DNA of 64,000 nt from a virus, in IMG/VR virus record IMGVR_UViG_3300020048_000054, positions 45,119 to 109,118 of that record; one strand, given 5' to 3'. Under the pieces are notes generated by a model. That model saw nothing but the letters and a program-made list of their open reading frames with translations. It made no database searches and was not told the DNA's origin. Of this stretch, positions 30,442 through 38,677 are shown piece by piece. The stretch's first letter is position 1; each line of letters begins with the position of its first letter. The translations under genes and the position numbers were made by a program.

Positions 30442-30700
30442 AGTCAATTCAGATGCGGGATGACCAGTCCCCACTGCTTTAAGCAGCCATTGCTAATTGG
30501 TTAGCAATCATGGTTTGCAACTGTTTATTTACGTTTCTTGTTACCCGAAACGGACATCTACTTCTTCACTACTACTTGCCAATCGATACCTTATCGGGCC
30601 CCTTAACAACTAATACTTGGGTTGGTTCCCGTGAACCGAATGGACCCGAGGGGAGTCGAACCCCTGTGTTGTGCAACTCTCGTTCCAATATCAACAATGT
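30442..30700 (-). ncRNA. ssrA: Permuted two-piece tmRNA; tag (A)ANQLAMAA
   Basis: On the minus strand the 3' acceptor/T-arm GGGGTTCGACTCCCCTCGGGTCCA (ends 30641) comes first, then a 39-nt spacer, then the 5' acceptor GGGCCCG (30601). The stem has G3:U70. Tag ORF GCT AAC CAA TTA GCA ATG GCT GCT TAA at 30505-30479. Outer boundaries approximate. Confidence 0.88.
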
Positions 30701-30703
30701 CAA

Positions 30704-30786
30704 TGCAAGAGGAGGGATTCGAACCTTCGTAGAAATGAATCAGCAGATTTACAGTCTGCCCTCGTTGTCCGCTTGAGTACTCTTGC
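30704..30786 (-). tRNA. tRNA-Tyr(GTA)
   Basis: Acceptor GCAAGAG/CTCTTGC, anticodon arm gcaga-ctGTAaa-tctgc, long variable arm, GGTTCGAATCC. Confidence 0.93.
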
Positions 30787-30794
30787 TTATTATA

Positions 30795-31175
30795 TCAAAG
30801 CTTAGCGCGTGTTAAATTTAATAGTTTATGAATTTGCAAATCACACTGAGTGTCTCTTTGTTTACCTGGCCAGAAGATATAATCTTTGGCAATATTCTTC
30901 TTCAAACTTACAAGCAATGGCAGAATAACCTTTTCTATTTCTCCCATTCGTGCCTTTAGCAACTCATCGTATTGATTCTTAACAGCAATAGCCCCATCAC
31001 ATGTGGAGTTAATTTCTAGGATCATATCGAGCTTAGCTTTAATCGCTGCAATCTCATCTGAGTCTGCAGGGGGTGGTGCTATAAGCTCGCCTAGTTCGCT
31101 TTCATTGACTGTACTAAAACCAAAGTCAGTATTTAAAAGAGAAGGGTCGATGTTGTACGAGAAAGGATCTGCCAT
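30795..31175 (-). CDS. Conserved hypothetical T4-like phage protein
   Basis: 126 aa with DFGFS..E and ILPLLVSLKKN..KDYIFWP pattern. Confidence 0.6.
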   Translation of the reverse strand: MADPFSYNIDPSLLNTDFGFSTVNESELGELIAPPPADSDEIAAIKAKLDMILEINSTCDGAIAVKNQYDELLKARMGEIEKVILPLLVSLKKNIAKDYIFWPGKQRDTQCDLQIHKLLNLTRAKL

Positions 31176-31194
31176 AGTATTATATATTCGTAAA

Positions 31195-31267
31195 TAGGAT
31201 GTATAGGATTCGAACCTATTGCCACCTCGTTATAAGCAAGGCTGGGCCTCCCAGACCCCCACATCCC
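31195..31267 (-). tRNA. tRNA-Ile(TAT), atypical D region
   Basis: Acceptor GGGATGT/ACATCCT, anticodon arm ccttg-ctTATaa-cgagg, T-arm atagg-TTCGAAT-cctat. Confidence 0.8.
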
Positions 31268-31303
31268 GTGTGGTGTATCAATTATACACTGATGTTTGGT
31301 AAG

Positions 31304-31531
31304 TTACAACCAATAAATGTTACTTTTTTTATTGGTTACATGTCCCTTTTCATTTTTCACCAAGTAATTACTATTCTGTCGATCTTCATCGTTACCTAAC
31401 CTGTAGTTGATTTGCTCTACTCCTACTGGCAGTAGTTTAGTCTTATCTAACAATTCAATTACTTGCTTAGTAACAGCAACTGCTTCTTCTTCTGAAAGTT
31501 GTAGAGGAATATCAATATGAATTCTGAACAT
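31304..31531 (-). CDS. Hypothetical protein
   Basis: Start re-set to MFRIHIDIPL with an AAGGAGA RBS; the upstream extension in the track overlaps tRNA-Leu. Confidence 0.65.
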   Translation of the reverse strand: MFRIHIDIPLQLSEEEAVAVTKQVIELLDKTKLLPVGVEQINYRLGNDEDRQNSNYLVKNEKGHVTNKKSNIYWL

Positions 31532-31546
31532 AATCTCTCCTTTAAA

Positions 31547-31630
31547 TAGCACGGGTGGGACTTGAACCCACAAGACTTTACAGTCGGCAGATTTTAAGTC
31601 TGCTGCGTATGCCAATTCCGCCACCGCGCC
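31547..31630 (-). tRNA. tRNA-Leu(TAA)
   Basis: GGCGCGG/CCGTGCT acceptor, GGCGGAATTGGCATACGC D-arm, gcaga-ctTAAaa-tctgc, long variable arm. Confidence 0.93.
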
Positions 31631-31654
31631 ATGATTGCCCCCGTGGGCAATGTT

Positions 31655-31948
31655 TTAAGCCTTCTCGTTCATGCGATCAATTGTACGCTCAAGTGTCGAA
31701 ATACGGTCACTGTATTCACGGCGAAGTTCGTCTTCACGAGCAAATTCAGTAGCAGCTCGTAGATCTTCCTTAGTGTTTCGCGCATAGCGGAGTAGTGTTG
31801 AAACACCAAAACCAAGACAGATTACAGCAGCAACGCCAGCACCGGAAACCCAATCGGATGATTCAATCGTTGCAGAGTTAAGAAAGACTGCACCAAAAAC
31901 AACAGCTCCAACAAAATAGTGATGATAATTAACTTCACGGTAAAACAT
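31655..31948 (-). CDS. Small membrane protein (2 TM helices plus coiled coil)
   Basis: Start MFYREVNY after AAAGGA; two hydrophobic segments. Confidence 0.6.
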   Translation of the reverse strand: MFYREVNYHHYFVGAVVFGAVFLNSATIESSDWVSGAGVAAVICLGFGVSTLLRYARNTKEDLRAATEFAREDELRREYSDRISTLERTIDRMNEKA

Positions 31949-31979
31949 AAAATTTCCTTTTTTATAAGGTATGAGTAAT

Positions 31980-32357
31980 TTAGTATTCAATTCGTTGAAC
32001 ACCATAGTCTGTAGTATAGTGTATTGTATGGAAAACTTCAATACACCAAGGTAAACATTTTTCACATGGCTTGGACATTCGCATCTGCCCAAACTTATTA
32101 AACCTAACATTAATTAGATGTAGTTTTTTGCCTTTGTCTTCTTTTGTAAGTTTCCTAAAAGCGTCTAGCTCTGAGTGCATTTCTTCGAAGTTATATCCAA
32201 TCTCTTTTGCCATTGGATGTGTTTTAAAGAAATTCATGCCAGTTGCAATGATTCTCTTTTTGCATATAATCAGAGAAACATGTTTTTTCTGCCTTGGTAT
32301 AGTCAAGCAGATAGGATAAGCCATTTGAAGATATTCTTCTGCTTGAGCAATAACCAT
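31980..32357 (-). CDS. Cytidine/deoxycytidylate deaminase-family protein
   Basis: Zn-deaminase motifs HSELDA and SKPCEKC. Confidence 0.8.
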   Translation of the reverse strand: MVIAQAEEYLQMAYPICLTIPRQKKHVSLIICKKRIIATGMNFFKTHPMAKEIGYNFEEMHSELDAFRKLTKEDKGKKLHLINVRFNKFGQMRMSKPCEKCLPWCIEVFHTIHYTTDYGVQRIEY

Positions 32358-32387
32358 GAGTGAATTATAACAAGATACACAAACTAG

Positions 32388-32579
32388 TCAAGAACTAATT
32401 TGAGTATATTTCACTAAAGCTTCCCAATCATCGGTTATATGAACATCTGCTCCTGTTATACCGGGAACTCTTTTACCATCGACTATAACATAGGTGCCAG
32501 TTATTCCACCAGTTATTCCACCCACTCCGTATTTAAGGTACACAACAGGTATGATGTTTATGTTTTCGTTGAATGCCAT
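32388..32579 (-). CDS. Small hypothetical protein with GITG repeats
   Basis: 63 aa, GGITGGITGT...PGITGA. Confidence 0.5.
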   Translation of the reverse strand: MAFNENINIIPVVYLKYGVGGITGGITGTYVIVDGKRVPGITGADVHITDDWEALVKYTQISS

Positions 32580-32593
32580 ATTAGTATGTAGAT

Positions 32594-32695
32594 AAAAATA
32601 ACCGGGGAGTGCCCAACTCCCCGGTCTGACGGTCGAAAGGTAGCGAAGTTCCTTTTTCGCATGAACTGCGTAGTTCGCGAGTGTAGCCCGTCATG
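32594..32695 (-). ncRNA. Candidate late-expressed structured small RNA with terminator
   Basis: ATAAATA late-promoter core at 32703-32697; nested stems tgacgg/ccgtca, gaact/agttc, gcgaa/ttcgc; then an accggggagt/actccccggt hairpin plus T-run. Confidence 0.45.
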
Positions 32696-32722
32696 TTATT
32701 TATGCATATACATATTTCTACT

Positions 32723-35074
32723 ATGACATGGTTAGAACCCTATAACTCAAATCTCACTACACTTGTTGATATCTACAAATATGGTGGTCACCATCATCAG
32801 TATCCGGAATTTGCCCAATTCCCAATATCTGAAGTAAATACTTCGGCATTTTTTAGAAATGAAACAGTAGTTGTTAGTAATCAATCAATTAACTATAGTG
32901 CAAATTTTAGTGGATGTACTGTTAATCCTGCTGGCAAATCACACGGAGATAATGGTGGTATTTGGTGTGGTGCTTCTTGCAATTCTCAAAGTCGTCCGTG
33001 GCCTTTCTGCAAAGCATGGTGGTTGTATTGTGCTGTGGGATCACAGCAGGAGGCTGCGAACAATGGGTGTGCAGATATAACTCCACAAAACAGCATTGAT
33101 ATTTTTGGTTCTTCTATAGTACCAGATGGTGGTCTTCCATATCCAACAAGACTTATAGATCCATTTGATGTAGATATTATGCCCATCGATGATCCAGATG
33201 GAGATAATCCAATACAGAATTATAGATATTGGAATAATTCTAATCTTTGGTACAATGCATTTAATAATGGTATGGTTTTGATTAAAAATAATGGTCCTGC
33301 TTATGAAGACGGTGGAGAAGAATATTTAATATCAGTAGGGCATCCAATAACAGCACAACCATGTGAAAGAGATCAAACATTTTCATTCTTTGATTCAAGT
33401 AGCCAACAGACTATAAGTAGGGTATTTCAATGCCCATGTGTTGCTTGGGATCTTCCAGTTTCTAGTTTTGCGTGTTCTGCACCAAATGGGATGTTAACTC
33501 AAGACAGTTATAGACTATGGGTAATGAAACGAGGACAACAACCAATACCTAGTAGCATATTACGACACAAAATTTTATTGGGAACTCTTCCCACTAATAT
33601 AATGGATATTAATAAAGGTTGGCCGGTATATGATGTAGATTCTCATATGAGAGTTTCTAAGTATTTGGTGTTCAAAAAAACAAATGGTAATATTGATGCA
33701 GTACCAGATAGATCTTTAGGAAAAACAGAGATGATTTCGTATGGCGGCTTTACTCAAAATTTGTGGCAGAGTACATTCTCTGGCCAGGGTGATGATGGAC
33801 ATCCATCTTTTACAATAACACAATCTTCTACTCCAGAAACTATATTCATGGGTTGGAATTATGTGGCAACTAAATGTTCAAGTAAAATTCAACCATTAGA
33901 CAAAACCAGCGCAGAAAACCTATATCGTAAAGTGTTCGATGGTGGACCAAACGGGTTTATGTCTATTACTGTAAATCAAGAATTGGATCCAGGAGTATTT
34001 AATCCAACAAGTTTTAGTACTTATGATCCAAATGATTTTTCAACAGATCCCGCTAGTTATCGCGGTACTTCTCAGGGTGGTCAACCCGGTAAAGCCGGTC
34101 TGGCTTTAGCATTTTCAACTCAAATTCTATTAAAAAATTTAGAGAAACCAGAAATAGTATTTTATCAATTTCCAGGACAGATACAACAACCAGATAATTC
34201 AACGCTAGATGCTATATCTGATAATTCCACAAAATTTCCATTAAAAGAATCTCCATATTTGTCTAGAGAATCTAAGAATAATATTTTTGAGAACAGTAAT
34301 ACTATAGCTTTTAATCAACAAACAATGTTGCAAGCAGCAGAATTAAATGAGTTACAAGAAAAATTTTATAAAAATCAAAGCTTAACTATTCGAGGGTATA
34401 ATAAGTGGTTAACTAAAGCTAATTTGCAGCAAAACCCAGAAGATATATTTGGCACATATGTTAGAAAAATAAACAGACCGTTTGATAATTTTGGTTATAG
34501 CGCGAACAATATAATTCCATTAGATCCGATGTCTATTAGTATTGGCGCTTCACCAAATGGAACATATACTATAACTGCAAGCCCAGATCAATATCGTGTT
34601 GTTTCTGCACATAAAGAAATAATTAATAATGTAGACAGTTCTTTTCAAGATCAAATAAAATCAAACACCTTTATTAATAATATAGATTATATTCACCTAT
34701 TAGAAAATAAAACCATAAGTGTTGATCTCACCAGCATGACAAATACTCAAGTATGCTGGATAATTTTCACAATTGATACTGGTAATATAATTACTTGTAA
34801 TGAATATCCGGAGCTAAAAGATAATACAGGAGGAGACTCTGCAAATGCACCATGTGGTGCATCTAGAAATTTACTAAGAATTGAAGGTTCTCTTAGTAAC
34901 ACATTGATCTTGATATCTGATATCGGAACAACAACAGTTATATCCAGTATGAATGACAGTCCAGTAAACAATGCAGCAAATGCAACAAAACCACCAAAAT
35001 TTATTTTAGCATATGCCAAAAAAGAAAATGGTGTGATAACATTCTACCACTCAAACGGAATCAAGATTCAGTAG
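32723..35074 (+). CDS. Large virion-associated protein; C-terminal domain paralogous to 6907..7641
   Basis: IAFNQQTMLQAAELNELQE..LT...W, IPLDP, IITCN, CGASR and YHSNGIKI align with the 244-aa baseplate-region protein. Confidence 0.6.
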   Translation: MTWLEPYNSNLTTLVDIYKYGGHHHQYPEFAQFPISEVNTSAFFRNETVVVSNQSINYSANFSGCTVNPAGKSHGDNGGIWCGASCNSQSRPWPFCKAWWLYCAVGSQQEAANNGCADITPQNSIDIFGSSIVPDGGLPYPTRLIDPFDVDIMPIDDPDGDNPIQNYRYWNNSNLWYNAFNNGMVLIKNNGPAYEDGGEEYLISVGHPITAQPCERDQTFSFFDSSSQQTISRVFQCPCVAWDLPVSSFACSAPNGMLTQDSYRLWVMKRGQQPIPSSILRHKILLGTLPTNIMDINKGWPVYDVDSHMRVSKYLVFKKTNGNIDAVPDRSLGKTEMISYGGFTQNLWQSTFSGQGDDGHPSFTITQSSTPETIFMGWNYVATKCSSKIQPLDKTSAENLYRKVFDGGPNGFMSITVNQELDPGVFNPTSFSTYDPNDFSTDPASYRGTSQGGQPGKAGLALAFSTQILLKNLEKPEIVFYQFPGQIQQPDNSTLDAISDNSTKFPLKESPYLSRESKNNIFENSNTIAFNQQTMLQAAELNELQEKFYKNQSLTIRGYNKWLTKANLQQNPEDIFGTYVRKINRPFDNFGYSANNIIPLDPMSISIGASPNGTYTITASPDQYRVVSAHKEIINNVDSSFQDQIKSNTFINNIDYIHLLENKTISVDLTSMTNTQVCWIIFTIDTGNIITCNEYPELKDNTGGDSANAPCGASRNLLRIEGSLSNTLILISDIGTTTVISSMNDSPVNNAANATKPPKFILAYAKKENGVITFYHSNGIKIQ

Positions 35075-35134
35075 TGGTTTGACTTAACTTTTGTTTTAAT
35101 TCTTCAATTTCTTTCATCAATCTATAAATGACAT

Positions 35135-35169
35135 CATCCCCTCTATTTTCGTAGAGGGGATGATTTTTT
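35135..35169. terminator. Intrinsic terminator
   Basis: tcatcccctcta-ttttcg-tagaggggatga hairpin plus T-run between convergent genes. Confidence 0.75.
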
Positions 35170-35181
35170 AATAGAGATTCT

Positions 35182-35394
35182 TCAGTCTTGCAGAAAGAGT
35201 CGCTTGCTCTCATTTAGCTTTCCTTCGTTACGAATGCGGGAATCGCTTATGATCTTTTCATTAGCGTCATTCCAACCAACAGCCCATTCTTGCCAATAGC
35301 TGTTAGCTCCTTCGTGAACATTGGATGCTTTTTCTCCGCCATTAATTCTAGCTGTATATCCTGCGTCGTAGGCAGAACCGGGTGTATATGTCAT
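35182..35394 (-). CDS. Small hypothetical protein
   Basis: AYDAGY.A...EWAVGW motif typical of small RMF-like phage proteins. Confidence 0.55.
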   Translation of the reverse strand: MTYTPGSAYDAGYTARINGGEKASNVHEGANSYWQEWAVGWNDANEKIISDSRIRNEGKLNESKRLFLQD

Positions 35395-35522
35395 TTTGAC
35401 TTATCCTTTTTCTTTTTCTTTTTCTTATTGAAAATCATATCCCAATTTTCAGACCAAACTTTAGAATCTACTGGTCGGTACTTATCTCCCTTACCTGCAC
35501 CATGCTTACCATTTGAACCCAT
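35391..35522 (-). CDS. Small basic hypothetical phage protein (43 aa)
   Basis: Hand translation MGSNGKHGAGKGDKYRPVDSKVWSENWDMIFNKKKK...; AGAGG RBS. Confidence 0.6.
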   Translation of the reverse strand: MGSNGKHGAGKGDKYRPVDSKVWSENWDMIFNKKKKKKKDKSK

Positions 35523-35555
35523 AGGTATCCTCTTTAATATCTATAATCTGCAATT

Positions 35556-35888
35556 TTATATCTTTGCAATAATCAACCCGATAATGGCGATAATGCAACC
35601 AATAATAGTTTTCGTATCAATTCTTACGTTGTAAAGTAATATTGGAAAAACTATACACAGTATTGTGGCACCAACATCCCAAAGAATATTCGTTAGTACT
35701 AATTCTTTTGGTGACTTGATATTGCGTATTAAGAAAAACCAACCATTTGTACTAATGAATGCAGCAAGCATGCATAACCCATAAACTGTCCAAGGTTTAT
35801 CTGCATATAATTTATTATAGCATAAATCTGCATATATCCAATTGGCAATGCTAACACCAATCAAAGATGAAATAATTACAATCCACAT
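35556..35888 (-). CDS. SMR/DMT-like 4-TM membrane protein
   Basis: Start re-set to MWIVIISS; four hydrophobic helices ending IIGCIIAIIGLIIAK. Confidence 0.55.
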   Translation of the reverse strand: MWIVIISSLIGVSIANWIYADLCYNKLYADKPWTVYGLCMLAAFISTNGWFFLIRNIKSPKELVLTNILWDVGATILCIVFPILLYNVRIDTKTIIGCIIAIIGLIIAKI

Positions 35889-35890
35889 AA

Positions 35891-35963
35891 CTCCTCCGAC
35901 TGGATTTGAACCAGTGACATGCGAGTTAACAGCTCGCCGCTCTACCAACTGAGCTACAGAGGA
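35891..35963 (-). tRNA. tRNA-Asn(GTT)
   Basis: TCCTCTG/CGGAGGA, AGCTCAGTTGGTAGAGC, gcgag-ctGTTaa-ctcgc. Confidence 0.93.
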
Positions 35964-35977
35964 CCATCATAATAAAA

Positions 35978-36051
35978 CATTCCCGGTTGGATTCGAACCA
36001 ACGACCACTGGCTTAGAAGGCAAGTGCTCTATCCAACTGAGCTACGAGAAT
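35978..36051 (-). tRNA. tRNA-Arg(TCT)
   Basis: ATTCTCG/CGGGAAT, AGCTCAGTTGGATAGAGC, anticodon loop ctTCTaa. Confidence 0.92.
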
Positions 36052-36084
36052 ATTTGCGATAGTATTTCATACCGCATCACTAAC

Positions 36085-36405
36085 TTAAACCGTAAGCTTC
36101 AATCCACTGTTTGCGCCAACAGGTCCATTACTTGGAACCACTAGCCCAGAGATCATTCCCTGATACTGCCCGGACATCTCTGAATCGATGTCAACGACAA
36201 ACATAACAAACTTATCTGGAATTGAAATGCCAGTCTTATGTGTCTCTTCACTCAAGTAAGGCATCCACTTTGCAAATGCCAACTTTCCTTGACCAACAGA
36301 GAACAGAATTGCAGAATCCTTGAGGATGTGACATTCTTCACCCTTGTTATACTTGCAAATAATTTCTTCACCCGAAGTCAAACGAACCATTTTAATATTA
36401 CTCAT
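36085..36405 (-). CDS. Sm-like fold protein conserved in T4-like phages
   Basis: MSNIKMVRLTSGEEII...WMPY...YQ.M.SGLVVP pattern. Confidence 0.65.
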   Translation of the reverse strand: MSNIKMVRLTSGEEIICKYNKGEECHILKDSAILFSVGQGKLAFAKWMPYLSEETHKTGISIPDKFVMFVVDIDSEMSGQYQGMISGLVVPSNGPVGANSGLKLTV

Positions 36406-36413
36406 AATTTTCC

Positions 36414-36635
36414 TCAATCACAATTACATTTACCTAGAAGCTTTTCCCAAATACTACATTTCTTTGGTACTGTTGGGACACTACAACAAAGTTCAGTGTA
36501 CCCACGATAATCAGCTACATCTTTTGGGTTTTCTTTTGCTCTGCTAAATGCACGAGCCACTTCTGCTGCAGTGAGAAGTAAGTCAATACATCTTCCATCA
36601 ATATGTGCTTTTGTATAAAAATACTTTGGTTCCAT
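36414..36635 (-). CDS. Hypothetical protein
   Basis: 73 aa, GGAGG RBS. Confidence 0.55.
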   Translation of the reverse strand: MEPKYFYTKAHIDGRCIDLLLTAAEVARAFSRAKENPKDVADYRGYTELCCSVPTVPKKCSIWEKLLGKCNCD

Positions 36636-36712
36636 ATAGATCCTCCATAATATCTATACACGAAAAGGGGGTGTTGATTGCTCAACACCCCCTCGCAGAA
36701 ACAAACATCCAA

Positions 36713-36982
36713 TCAAAGCATATAGCGCGAACCATCGGGACGGAACCCGTAGGTGCGATCACCGGGATGTGTGTCAACCATACTGTAACGAGTCTTACCC
36801 GTTGCAGAAATATCAGTCTCAACTTGCCAGTTGTCATGACGCTCAACAAGCTCACGAATGTTGCTCATGGTGGCGCGAAGATTCTTCACACCAAATCGAG
36901 CGCGTGCTTCGGAGGCGGTAATAGTCTTACCGTTTGCGAGATAGTTAATAACCTTACGAGTCTTGCTAATAGTGTTAGCCAT
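36713..36982 (-). CDS. Small winged-helix/HTH DNA-binding protein
   Basis: KVINYL.NG.TITASEARARFGV.NLRA.MS.IR pattern; AAGGA RBS; GC hairpin at 36664-36693 follows. Confidence 0.65.
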   Translation of the reverse strand: MANTISKTRKVINYLANGKTITASEARARFGVKNLRATMSNIRELVERHDNWQVETDISATGKTRYSMVDTHPGDRTYGFRPDGSRYML

Positions 36983-37064
36983 AATTTACAATCCTTTACT
37001 AGACTTTGTTAGAAGAGATTAATGGTGTAAGTCTATACAATCACCATTAGTTTAACTTAGTTCA

Positions 37065-37247
37065 TTATACACAATTTGAATCTGGTGTCAACACTTTTGT
37101 CCAAGAAAGCGAAGATTCTTCTGCTTTCATATGATCGCGAAAAGCGAAACGCTTAACGACTTCATTATCCAAATAATACAAGACAACGTAGATAACATCT
37201 TTCTCGTTTTCATCAATATACATTGGGCATATGCTAGCAGTCTTCAT
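37065..37247 (-). CDS. Hypothetical protein
   Basis: 60 aa, AAGGAG RBS. Confidence 0.55.
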   Translation of the reverse strand: MKTASICPMYIDENEKDVIYVVLYYLDNEVVKRFAFRDHMKAEESSLSWTKVLTPDSNCV

Positions 37248-37269
37248 AGTTTAACTCCTTTAAATACAG

Positions 37270-37343
37270 TGACTCCAAGGAGATTTGAACTCCTGTTATG
37301 GCATTGAAAGTGCCGTGTCCTAACCAGGCTAGACGATGGAGCC
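37270..37343 (-). tRNA. tRNA-Glu(TTC)
   Basis: GGCTCCA/TGGAGTC, GTCTAGCCTGGTTAGGAC, anticodon loop ctTTCaa. Confidence 0.9.
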
Positions 37344-37356
37344 TAACACTTGCAAA

Positions 37357-37429
37357 TGCCTCCACTAGGGATCGAACCTAGGACCATTCCGTTAAAAGCG
37401 GAATGCTCTACCAGCTGAGCTATAGAGGC
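37357..37429 (-). tRNA. tRNA-Lys(TTT)
   Basis: GCCTCTA/TGGAGGC, AGCTCAGCTGGTAGAGC, ttccg-ctTTTaa-cggaa. Confidence 0.93.
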
Positions 37430-37444
37430 GACTTGTTAGATTGA

Positions 37445-37473
37445 AGTATAACACACAACAACACAACCGTCAA
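37445..37473 (-). promoter_or_regulatory. Sigma70-type promoter for tRNA-Lys/Glu
   Basis: Minus strand TTGACG-17 nt-TATACT. Confidence 0.7.
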
Positions 37474-37474
37474 T

Positions 37475-37630
37475 TAAAAATCCCTGACTTTTAAGGTCAG
37501 GGAGAATCGTTTACCTAGTATTCACAGGGGAGGCGCCGATTCTCCTTACGACGAGAGTTTTAATCTCGACTTAGCGTGGATGTCTCTAAACCACCTAAAT
37601 CTACTGTGTTAAAGAGTACAGGCTCTTCTT
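37475..37630 (-). ncRNA. Candidate multibranch structured RNA ending in a terminator
   Basis: Intergenic stretch with stems cacag/ctgtg, ttaggtgg/ccacgctaa, cgaga/tctcg, ggagaatcg/cgattctcc, and terminator tccctgac/gtcaggga plus TTTTT. Confidence 0.45.
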
Positions 37631-37687
37631 AATATAATATCATATCAGTATAGTAACATATGGTAACATTAAAATTCGTATAGATGT

Positions 37688-38212
37688 TCATTGGGTTGTT
37701 CCTTGATCTATAAGTATATCATGTTTTTCACATTCGTCAAGAAACCATTTTGGAGTTTTTCCGTTAGACCACTTTGCAAACCTACGTTTGTCTCCGACAT
37801 AATAGGCACGATATGCTTTTACTGCATCTGTGTTTTTATACACTTCAGGCATGGCTTGAGCAAACTTAGTACAAATAGTGTCTGGAAGATTACTAGGAGC
37901 ATTACATGTAAACCATTGTGCCATACTAGTTGATTTATGGGTTTTACCATAACGGCTAGTATATTCATTAGTCAGTTCATAAGTATGGTTTGCTAGCCAA
38001 TAGTAATTAGATTTAGATGCCCTTGCCCAAATAGTGCATGGGTGATTATGAAAGCATGGCTTATATAATGTTCGTTTATTATCCTGTACGACATCTAAAG
38101 AATGCACAGTAGAAAGCATTTGGCATCCTTCGAGAATCATTTTAACTACATGTTTATCACACATCATTTGTGCAGCCACATATGGGTCTGCATCTAATAC
38201 AAATATATTCAT
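37688..38212 (-). CDS. Pyrimidine-dimer DNA glycosylase (DenV/endonuclease V-like family)
   Basis: MNIFVLD..P...CDKHVVKMILE..QMLST, NHPCTIWAR, EYTSRYGKTH, AMP...AYRAYY. Confidence 0.8.
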   Translation of the reverse strand: MNIFVLDADPYVAAQMMCDKHVVKMILEGCQMLSTVHSLDVVQDNKRTLYKPCFHNHPCTIWARASKSNYYWLANHTYELTNEYTSRYGKTHKSTSMAQWFTCNAPSNLPDTICTKFAQAMPEVYKNTDAVKAYRAYYVGDKRRFAKWSNGKTPKWFLDECEKHDILIDQGTTQ

Positions 38213-38215
38213 AAT

Positions 38216-38434
38216 TTACTCGAAGTAATCTTTGGGTTCTCTATTTTCAATCTTCTTTGCTTTTGGATATTCTGCAGATGGTAACACATTGTGTAGCTTT
38301 TTCATAACCTTTGCTAAAGAATTATGGTCGAGCTTATCCAAAAGATATTGCTCGTATGCAACAACTGCATCTCTCGACAATTCTATTAGAGTATTAGTCC
38401 ATTCATCCGAGTGCCGAGTTTTGTTTGGTAACAT
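38216..38434 (-). CDS. Hypothetical protein
   Basis: Start re-set to MLPNKTRH. Confidence 0.5.
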   Translation of the reverse strand: MLPNKTRHSDEWTNTLIELSRDAVVAYEQYLLDKLDHNSLAKVMKKLHNVLPSAEYPKAKKIENREPKDYFE

Positions 38435-38675
38435 CGTTGGAAGATCCCGTTGGTTCGAATAGAGGCAAACTCTCGTTTGCTTTATTATATTTATCCATAA
38501 GTTCCCACGATTCCATAAGAATATTAATAAGTGATTTAACTTCTTCTGCAGTATATCCATCCGTAACACCTTCAACATTCCAATCTGATAAAACTAAAAC
38601 AGACTCTCCACTTTCAGGAATAACAACAGAGGCGGTTGGTGATTGCATGATATCAGACATTTCTATATTTTCCAT
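38403..38675 (-). CDS. Hypothetical acidic protein
   Basis: Start re-set to MENIEMSD with a GGAG RBS. Confidence 0.5.
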   Translation of the reverse strand: MENIEMSDIMQSPTASVVIPESGESVLVLSDWNVEGVTDGYTAEEVKSLINILMESWELMDKYNKANESLPLFEPTGSSNDVTKQNSALG

Positions 38676-38677
38676 AA

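Noticed and set aside
30510-31752. Short ORFs overlapping the tmRNA and tRNAs (30510, 31199, 31555) and the 5' extension of 31304..31624
   Set aside because: They overlap well-formed RNA genes.
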